A program made the translations under genes and the position numbers. Below, piece after piece: positions 58,054 through 64,000 of a stretch of DNA of 64,000 bases. Source of the DNA: Acidimicrobiia bacterium (GTDB lineage Bacteria > Actinomycetota > Acidimicrobiia > Acidimicrobiales > JACDCH01). The DNA lies in NCBI GenBank assembly GCA_052387955.1, contig JBQTIQ010000017.1, forward strand, positions 8,319 through 72,318. The letters are read 5' to 3'. The notes below the pieces were generated by a model that worked only from the letters and a program-made list of their open reading frames with translations, ran no database searches and was not told the DNA's origin. Each line of letters opens with the position of its first letter. Within the stretch, counting starts at the first letter, position 1.

Positions 58054-58876
58054 CAGCGCGGTCAGCTCCGGGCCTTCGGGCTCGGGCTCGCGGGCCCCCG
58101 CTCGTACCGACCGCGAGGAGGTGATGGCGCGTTTCGTCGCCTTCCGCCTCTCGGGAGACCGCGACCTCCGCAACCATCTGATCGAGGAGCACCGGTGGGT
58201 GGCGGTGCACTGCGCCCGCCGGTTCGCCAACCGGGGCGAACCACTCGACGACCTCATCCAGGTCGGCCAGCTCGGCCTGCTCAAGGCGGTGGGCCGATTC
58301 GACCCCGACGTGGGCGTGTCGTTCGCCAGCTACGCCATACCGACCGTGATGGGCGAGCTCCGGCGCCACTTCCGGGACACGACGTGGGCCATGAAGGTCC
58401 CTCGCCGTATCAAGGACCTCCATGTCGACCTGTCCGGCGCGGTCGAGTTCCTCTCGGCCGAGAACGGTCGTCCGCCCCGTCCCGACGAGCTCGCCGCCCA
58501 CCTCGGCATCACCGTCGACGCCGTGCTCGAGGCGCTCGAGGCCGGCGCCGGCTATCGCAGCGCCTCGCTGGCCCCGCTGATGTCAGGCGACCGGGAGGGG
58601 ACCCTCGAGGGTTCTGTGCTACGTCAGGACGACGTCAACCTCGAAGGTGCCGACGACCGCATGGTGGTGCGGGGGCTCCTCGACCGACTCCCCGAGCGGG
58701 AGCGCCAGATCGTCGAGCTGCGCTTCTTCGGCGGCCTCAGCCAGAGCCAGATAGCGGCCCGGGTGGGCGTGTCCCAGGTGCACGTGTCGAGGTTGTTGCG
58801 AGCGAGCCTCGCCACCCTCCAGCGGGCGCTGGCCCGACAGACCGGCGCCGCCGGGGCATCTGGCGACGACGACTGA
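58046..58876 (+). CDS. RNA polymerase sigma factor, SigB/SigF/SigG (group 3) family
   Basis: ORF 58046..58876. Region 2 is DDLIQVGQLGLLKAVGRFDPDVGVSFASYAIPTVMGELRRHFRD. Region 4 is ERERQIVELRFFGGLSQSQIAARVGVSQVHVSRLL. Confidence 0.9.
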   Translation: MADSAVSSGPSGSGSRAPARTDREEVMARFVAFRLSGDRDLRNHLIEEHRWVAVHCARRFANRGEPLDDLIQVGQLGLLKAVGRFDPDVGVSFASYAIPTVMGELRRHFRDTTWAMKVPRRIKDLHVDLSGAVEFLSAENGRPPRPDELAAHLGITVDAVLEALEAGAGYRSASLAPLMSGDREGTLEGSVLRQDDVNLEGADDRMVVRGLLDRLPERERQIVELRFFGGLSQSQIAARVGVSQVHVSRLLRASLATLQRALARQTGAAGASGDDD

Positions 58877-58953
58877 GCGCGGATTGCGCCGTGGCCGGCC
58901 CGGTTGGGGCCGGTTCGGTGCCCCGGGCCGCAAGCCTGCGGACGACCATCACC

Positions 58954-58978
58954 GTCTGGTAGTCGGTCAGACGGGTAA
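58954..58978 (+). promoter_or_regulatory. Candidate SigB/SigF-type promoter upstream of the STAS gene
   Basis: GTCTGG-N13-GGGTAA spans 58954-58959 / 58973-58978. The -10 element ends 12 nt before ATG 58991, which would give a very short leader. Confidence 0.25.
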
Positions 58979-58990
58979 GCAGTCAGGCGC

Positions 58991-59377
58991 ATGGCTGTCA
59001 CCGGTCGCTCGCCGTACCTGCCGCCCTCGCCGGCGGCTGAGGACGACGAAGCCGACGAAGCCACGTTCGGGTTGAGGGTCAACCTCCCCGACTCGCCCGG
59101 CGGCGGAGGCCTGTGCGGCATCTTCGCCACCGGGAGCCTCGACGCGTCAGCGGTGGGCGCATTCGAGAGAACTGTCCGCCGTGCCCTTCAGGCGGGCCCG
59201 GCGGAGGTCGACGTCGACCTGGGCCAGGTGCGCTTCATCGATTCGTCGGGGCTGCGTGCCCTGGTGGCTGGCCGCCGGGCCTGTCGGGCTGCCGGCGCCG
59301 CCTTCCGCCTGCTCAACCCGACGCCCCGGACCGTGCGCATCCTCGAGGTCACCGGGCTCGATTCTCTTTTCGCCTGA
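58991..59377 (+). CDS. STAS-domain anti-sigma-factor antagonist
   Basis: ORF 58991..59377. It has VDLGQVRFIDSSGLRALV (a phosphorylatable-Ser context, DSSGL) and RILEVTGLDSLF. Confidence 0.8.
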   Translation: MAVTGRSPYLPPSPAAEDDEADEATFGLRVNLPDSPGGGGLCGIFATGSLDASAVGAFERTVRRALQAGPAEVDVDLGQVRFIDSSGLRALVAGRRACRAAGAAFRLLNPTPRTVRILEVTGLDSLFA

Positions 59378-59430
59378 CCTGTCCCGTCGGGTCATCGATG
59401 GGCCACGGGCCCAATCGCAGCCTCGGCCCG

Positions 59431-60612
59431 TCAATCACCCGTGACGGTTTCACTGCTGTCGGCGGCGGGCCGGACGAGGGCGACGAGCGCCGGTTGGGCG
59501 GCGACGAGGCGTGGTAGCGACGACGCCAGATCGGCGACCGTGCCGGCTGACAGCTTCTCGGCCGCCTCCATCGCCTCGTGGCCCATGGCCAGGTTGCCGG
59601 CCAGCGTCGACGACATGGCCCCGTAGAACAGCGAGAGCGCCCGCCCCGGCCAGTCGGTGGCCGCCCGGTCGATGACTTCGGTGAAGGCGGCGAGGCCACG
59701 GGCGTTGCCGGCGATGACGAGCTCCTCGCACAGCGACACGACCTCGTCCGCCCGGCCGAGCACCGATACGGCTCGGTCGAGCAGCCCGCCGTCGGCCAGG
59801 GCCAGCAGGGCCATACCCGAGCGGTGGGAGGCCTGGCGAGGGTCGACGAGGTCCTCCCGGGCGCCAGCCGCGGTGCGCAAAGCGACCCCGTCGTCCTCGA
59901 CCGTCCGGGCCTGTTGCTCGAGGCTGGCGTCGAGGAAGTCGGCCAGGGCCCGGGCTTGGAGCATCGGTGCGTAGGCGTCGGCGAACCCGACGACCCGAGC
60001 GGCGGCCAGCACTTCGCGCTCATGGTCCGTGGCCCGCTCGTCGCCTGTTGCCAGGGCGACTTCGACCAGAGCCGCCTCGGTGGCGGCGGCCAACAGCTCG
60101 TCGCTGTGCCCGGCGGCGAAGCGGGCGGCGTCGGCCAGCGTCTCGGTCATGACCCATCGGGTCACGACATCGAGGTGGTCGGCATCGAGGGTGAGCCATT
60201 CCGGCAGGCCGTCATCGTCAGCCCTCCAGCCGTGGTCGAAATCGCTCGGGTGCCGCGCCCGGCACGTTCTTGCCGCGGCGCGCAGCCGGGCCCTCGGCTT
60301 CAACGGCGTGCCTGGTCCGTCGATCAGGGCGGTGGCCCGGCGCAGGTCGGCGGCAGCTTCGGCGGCCCCAGGACGGGCGAGGGCGCGCAGGACGGTCAGC
60401 TCCAGGCGCATGCCGGCCCGTGGCATCGCGGCAAGGGCGGCGTCCCAGGCCGCGTCGGCCCCACCGGTTCGGCCGACGCGGTCGTGGCACTGGTCCAGTT
60501 CGCCGAGAGCGACGGCCAGCCCGCTCAGGTACTCGGGACCGGGGACGACGACGGCAAGGAGAGCGGCTAGTCGTCCTTCGGCCGCGGCGAGGGCGTCGTC
60601 GGCGCCCGCCAT
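59431..60612 (-). CDS. Hypothetical all-alpha protein, co-directional 5 nt after a STAS gene
   Basis: ORF 59431..60612. The composition is Ala/Leu-rich and helical. I recognise no family. Confidence 0.5.
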   Translation of the reverse strand: MAGADDALAAAEGRLAALLAVVVPGPEYLSGLAVALGELDQCHDRVGRTGGADAAWDAALAAMPRAGMRLELTVLRALARPGAAEAAADLRRATALIDGPGTPLKPRARLRAAARTCRARHPSDFDHGWRADDDGLPEWLTLDADHLDVVTRWVMTETLADAARFAAGHSDELLAAATEAALVEVALATGDERATDHEREVLAAARVVGFADAYAPMLQARALADFLDASLEQQARTVEDDGVALRTAAGAREDLVDPRQASHRSGMALLALADGGLLDRAVSVLGRADEVVSLCEELVIAGNARGLAAFTEVIDRAATDWPGRALSLFYGAMSSTLAGNLAMGHEAMEAAEKLSAGTVADLASSLPRLVAAQPALVALVRPAADSSETVTGD

Positions 60613-60617
60613 GGGGG

Positions 60618-60938
60618 TCAGGCGCCGGTGAGCAGGTCGCGGGTGCCGGTCATGTCGAGCACGCGGGTGACCGCCGCGCTGGCTGGGGAGACCTGGAACG
60701 CGATGCCGGCGTTGACCAGCCGCTCGCGGCCCTGCAGCAGCGCCCTGAGACCCGACGAATCGATGAACGTCACCAGGCCGGCGTCGACGCTGACGGTGGT
60801 GACCCGCTGGGCGGCCAGCGAGGCGAGCACCTCGGTCAGGGCGCCGACCCCGTCGAGGTCGAGCTCGCCGTCGAGTCGCACAACCGCTTGGTCACCTTCG
60901 ACCAAGGTCTTGATGTCGACGTGGGCCGGGCTGCTCAT
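60618..60938 (-). CDS. STAS-domain anti-sigma-factor antagonist
   Basis: ORF 60618..60938. It reads VVRLDGELDLDGVGALTEVL...VSVDAGLVTFIDSSGLRALLQGRERL...VLDMTGTRDLL. Confidence 0.85.
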   Translation of the reverse strand: MSSPAHVDIKTLVEGDQAVVRLDGELDLDGVGALTEVLASLAAQRVTTVSVDAGLVTFIDSSGLRALLQGRERLVNAGIAFQVSPASAAVTRVLDMTGTRDLLTGA

Positions 60939-60974
60939 CGCGACGGACGATAGCGGCCGTTCGGGCCTGTCGCC

Positions 60975-61075
60975 GAGGCGAGCGCCAGCGAGCCCGGCGA
61001 CGATGGGGCCCGCGGGCGCAGCCCCCGAGCATGAAACGGTCGAGCCCCAGCCGGCGTGGCCGGGGAACGCGACAA
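60975..61075 (-). repeat. Composite family-B end plus family-A core in the HMG-CoA lyase / STAS gap
   Basis: The minus strand reads ttgtcgcgttccccggccacgccggctggggctcgaccgtttcatgctcgggggctgcgcccgcgggccccatcgtcgccgggctcgctggcgctcgcctcgg. Confidence 0.85.
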
Positions 61076-61082
61076 GAAGGCT

Positions 61083-62063
61083 TCAGCGGTCCGGCGGTAC
61101 ACCCTTGGCCGGTCGGCGGCCGCCCCCGTCGCCCACCGTCGGGCGCGGCGGGAAGAGACCGGCCTTGCTCAGTTGGCCGGCCATGGGGTGGCCGAGCCAG
61201 GTCTCGATCCACGACGGGATCTCGGCCAGCGCGGCCAGGTCGAGGCCGGTGACGATCCCGGCCCGGGCCAGGAGGTAGGCGAGGTCCTCGGTGGCGATGT
61301 TGCCGGTGGCCCCCGGCGCGAACGGGCATCCACCGATCCCACCGATGCTGGCGTCGAGTGCGTCGACACCGCCGAGCACGGCTGCCCATGCGTTCGCCAG
61401 CCCGGTGTTGCGGGTGTTGTGGAAATGCGCTCGGCGGGCCACGCCGGGAGCAGCATCGGACAGGGCCGCCAGGCGTTCGCTCACGTCGGTGGGCACCGCG
61501 ACCCCGATGGTGTCGGCAATGGCGATCTCGACTGCGCCGGCCTCGGCGCAGCGCCGGGCCAGCGCCGCCACTCGCGGCAGCGGTACCTCGCCCTCGTAGG
61601 GGCACCCGAACGCGACCGACAGCGTGGCCGTGGGGCGGACGCCGGCGGCGTGAGCGGTGGCGGCGATGTCGGCGAACCGGGCCAGGGTGCCCTCGACGGA
61701 GGTGCCCTGGTTGTGCTCGGCGAAGCTGTCGGTGCAGGCCACCACGGCATTGACCTCGCGTACCCCCGCGGCCCGGGCCCGCTCGAAGCCTCGCCGATTG
61801 AGTACGAGGCCCACATAGGTGACGTCGTCGCGCCCGCTCAGGGCTGCCAGCACCGCTTCGGCGTCGGCCATCTGGGGCACGCGCTCGGGGTCGACGAACG
61901 AAGCCACCTCGATGCGGCGGACGCCGGCGGCTACCGCCCGGCCGACGAGCTCGACCTTGATGGCGGTGCTGACCACGACGGCTTCGGCCTGCAGCCCGTC
62001 GCGCGGCGACACCTCGACGACCTCCACCACCCTGGTGCCGGCGGCAATGCTCATGTCGTTCAT
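61083..62063 (-). CDS. Hydroxymethylglutaryl-CoA lyase
   Basis: This is the 3' part of ORF 61083..62171. I set the start at ATG 62063 (62054 is an alternative). It has the blocks VEVSPRDGLQ, EVASFV, HFHNTRNTGLANAWAAV and IGGIGGCPFAPGATGNIATEDL. Confidence 0.85.
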   Translation of the reverse strand: MNDMSIAAGTRVVEVVEVSPRDGLQAEAVVVSTAIKVELVGRAVAAGVRRIEVASFVDPERVPQMADAEAVLAALSGRDDVTYVGLVLNRRGFERARAAGVREVNAVVACTDSFAEHNQGTSVEGTLARFADIAATAHAAGVRPTATLSVAFGCPYEGEVPLPRVAALARRCAEAGAVEIAIADTIGVAVPTDVSERLAALSDAAPGVARRAHFHNTRNTGLANAWAAVLGGVDALDASIGGIGGCPFAPGATGNIATEDLAYLLARAGIVTGLDLAALAEIPSWIETWLGHPMAGQLSKAGLFPPRPTVGDGGGRRPAKGVPPDR

Positions 62064-62310
62064 TCTCGCTGCTGCCGCAGTCGGGTGTGGCGCCGCCCGG
62101 CCGCCCCTCGTACCAGGTCGACCCCGGCGGTCTGGCCCTCGGCGTGGAGCCGGGGGCGTCACCTCGGTCATGGGTCATACCTACCCGCATCGGGCCTGCT
62201 TGGGTTCGGGAGCCGACGGGGCGCCCGCCCGGTGGCGTGGTTTCCCCGGCCGCAGGGGCGGGCATCCTCCAGAGGGCTGCCCTACGGCAGCGACACCAAG
62301 GGGGTCCCCC

Positions 62311-62658
62311 GTGCTCGGCACACTGATCATCGTCCTGCTCTTCGTCGGAATCGTGGCGGGCTACCTGGCTCGGGCGATCGTCCCCGGGCCCGACCCGATG
62401 GGCCTGGGAGGAACGATCCTGCTCGGCATCGTCGGCTCCTTCGTCGGCGGGTTCCTGGGTTACGTCCTCTTCGGCCATGACCCCACCGAGGGGCCCATCC
62501 AGGGGTCCGACCTGTTCGGATCGGTCATCGGTGCCGTAGTCGCCCTGCTCGTCTACCGCCGGGCCAACCGCTACGGCGGGATGGGCCGCGGAGTAGGGCG
62601 CCGACGTGTGGGGCACGGGTTCGGCCGCGGCCGGATGGGCCGCCGCCGGGTCTGGTAG
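62311..62658 (+). CDS. GlsB/YeaQ/YmgE-family small membrane (stress) protein with Arg/Gly-rich tail
   Basis: These are the last 115 codons of ORF 61819..62658. I set the start at GTG 62311, after AAGGGGG. It reads VLGTLIIVLLFVGIVAGYLARAIVPGPDPMGLGGTILLGIVGSFVGGFLG. Confidence 0.7.
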   Translation: MLGTLIIVLLFVGIVAGYLARAIVPGPDPMGLGGTILLGIVGSFVGGFLGYVLFGHDPTEGPIQGSDLFGSVIGAVVALLVYRRANRYGGMGRGVGRRRVGHGFGRGRMGRRRVW

Positions 62659-62682
62659 CGCGCCGCTTCTCCGTCGACCGGC

Positions 62683-62716
62683 CAGGACGGCGGGGTCTCG
62701 AGCCTCCGCCGTCCTG
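62683..62716 (+). terminator. Perfect 11-bp GC hairpin downstream of the GlsB-like gene (no U-tract)
   Basis: CAGGACGGCGG-ggtctcgagcct-CCGCCGTCCTG lies 25 nt after the stop at 62658. Confidence 0.45.
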
Positions 62717-62789
62717 CGCCCGGGCGCCGTGAGCCCTCCGGCCGGGAGATGCATATGCTCATGGCCTGACGAGCGAGGGAACGAGGGGG

Positions 62790-63758
62790 ATGGAAGCGGA
62801 TTTCGAGCTCCTGCTCGACGAGGGCCGCCCCGGTGGCGCTCTGGTCGAGGCGGTGGCCCGCCACACGCCGGTCGTGGGCCGCAACCCGAGCGTGTGGCCG
62901 GGCCTCACCTTCTACCGGTTCGAATCACCCGAGGCGCCCCAGTGGGACGACGTCGTCTCCCTGGCCTTGTGCGTCGTGGTGCAGGGCCGCAAACGGGTGC
63001 GGGTCGCGGGCCAGGACTACTTCTACGACCCCTTCGACTACTTCGTGTTGAGCCGAGGGATGCGCTTCGAGGCCGAGATCCTCGAAGGCAGCCCGGGCCA
63101 ACCGTTCCTGTCGCTCGTCCTGCAGGTCCCGCCCGAGGTCGTACAACGGGTCATCGCCGACATGCGCGAGCCCACGATGGCCCTTTTCCAGCGACCCTTG
63201 CCGGCGGCGCCGGCGGCTTACGTCGCAGCTGCCGACCGCAACTTCACCGACGCCCTGTTGCGCTTCCTCGTGGGGCTCGAGACCGAGAGCGACCGGCGCG
63301 TGCTGGCGCCCATCTACCTCCACGAGATGGTGTACCGGGTGATGCAGTCCGAGCAGTGCGCCCGCCTGGCCAACGCCGCGGTCAAGGAGTCCGAGAGCAA
63401 CCCGATCACGGCCGCCATCAGCTACATGCGCGAGGACCTGTCCCGTCCGGTCACGGTGGCCGAGCTGGCCGAAGTGGTGGCGATGAGCCAGTCGGCCTTC
63501 GCCCACCTGTTCAAGTCGGTTGCCGGCGTGTCGCCGTACCAGTTCATCAAGCGGCTCCGCCTCGACCGGGCCCGGGCGATGCTGGTCGAGGAGGGCCGCA
63601 GCGTGAGCGAGACGGCCGCCGCCGTCGGCTATGCGAGCCTGTCCCACTTCATCAATGAGTTCAAACGACACTTCGGCGTGACCCCCGGTGGGTACGCATC
63701 GCTGCAGAGCGGCGTCGTACCCCTGTCGGTCAGTCGGGCCACGGGAGGTACCGGTTGA
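62790..63758 (+). CDS. AraC-family transcriptional regulator (AraC_N-type sensor domain)
   Basis: ORF 62790..63758. The C-terminal double HTH is VTVAELAEVVAMSQSAFAHLFKSVAGVSPYQFIKRLRLDRAR...AAAVGYASLSHFINEFKRHFGVTP. Confidence 0.85.
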   Translation: MEADFELLLDEGRPGGALVEAVARHTPVVGRNPSVWPGLTFYRFESPEAPQWDDVVSLALCVVVQGRKRVRVAGQDYFYDPFDYFVLSRGMRFEAEILEGSPGQPFLSLVLQVPPEVVQRVIADMREPTMALFQRPLPAAPAAYVAAADRNFTDALLRFLVGLETESDRRVLAPIYLHEMVYRVMQSEQCARLANAAVKESESNPITAAISYMREDLSRPVTVAELAEVVAMSQSAFAHLFKSVAGVSPYQFIKRLRLDRARAMLVEEGRSVSETAAAVGYASLSHFINEFKRHFGVTPGGYASLQSGVVPLSVSRATGGTG

Positions 63759-64000
63759 TGAGTCAGACTTTCGTGATCGTTGGAGCGGGCCGCGCTGCGG
63801 CGGCAGCCGCGGTGACACTGCGAGAATCCGGCTTCGACGGTCGCCTGGTCATCATCGGCGACGAGGTCCACTTGCCCTACGAACGGCCGCCGCTGTCCAA
63901 GGAGCTGCTCGTCGGCGAGCGCACGCCCGAGAACATCGTGATCAAGGGCCAGGCCTGGTACGACGAGAACAAGGTCGAGATGATGCTGGGCCGTCAGGTT
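63758..64000 (+). CDS. FAD-dependent pyridine-nucleotide oxidoreductase (ferredoxin/rubredoxin-reductase-like), 5' part only
   Basis: My translation from ATG 63758, which overlaps the AraC stop (TGATG), reads MSQTFVIVGAGRAAAAAAVTLRESGFDGRLVIIGDEVHLPYERPPLSKELL.... The frame runs off the window end. Confidence 0.7.
   Translation, partial: MSQTFVIVGAGRAAAAAAVTLRESGFDGRLVIIGDEVHLPYERPPLSKELLVGERTPENIVIKGQAWYDENKVEMMLGRQV

Overview
This is very GC-rich, actinobacterial-type chromosomal DNA. Markers include WhiB-family regulators, HelD, IdeR, Lnt, sortase, coproporphyrin-route haem genes and a mycobacterial-type LigB. I can support about 60 protein-coding genes, almost all ordinary core metabolism, envelope or regulation. 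They include an H+-pyrophosphatase, sdhCAB, an AAA+/VWA pair, two whiB paralogues, tatA and a polyphosphate island (ppk1, CYTH-CHAD, NUDIX). They also include a sortase-lnt-GT4-methyltransferase-terpenoid-cyclase-fold string, hemE-hemH-hemY, patatin, helD, ideR, a frameshifted ATP-dependent DNA ligase, a MacB-type ABC exporter and a SigF/B-type partner-switching cluster. Many ORF-track entries are over-extended at the 5' end or are antisense GC artefacts, so I re-set starts by eye. I saw no rRNA, tRNA, CRISPR, transposase, integrase or phage genes. I found no convincing novel protein-based system (defence, toxin-antitoxin or biosynthetic cluster). The unusual signal is in the intergenic DNA: a dense family of GC-rich, hairpin-containing repeats at 10 or more loci in 64 kb. 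Some copies are tandem (44/47/110-bp units, 110 bp x2, 69 bp x2). Wherever a copy sits between two co-directional genes, with one in-frame exception (helD-lipoprotein gap), it carries an ORF whose stop codon overlaps the start codon of the next gene (ATGA, GTGA or TAGTG). Between hemH and hemY three such mini-ORFs are chained GTGA to GTGA. This is the architecture described for mycobacterial MIRUs and suggests a repeat-borne translational-coupling relay. It needs genome-wide and experimental confirmation.
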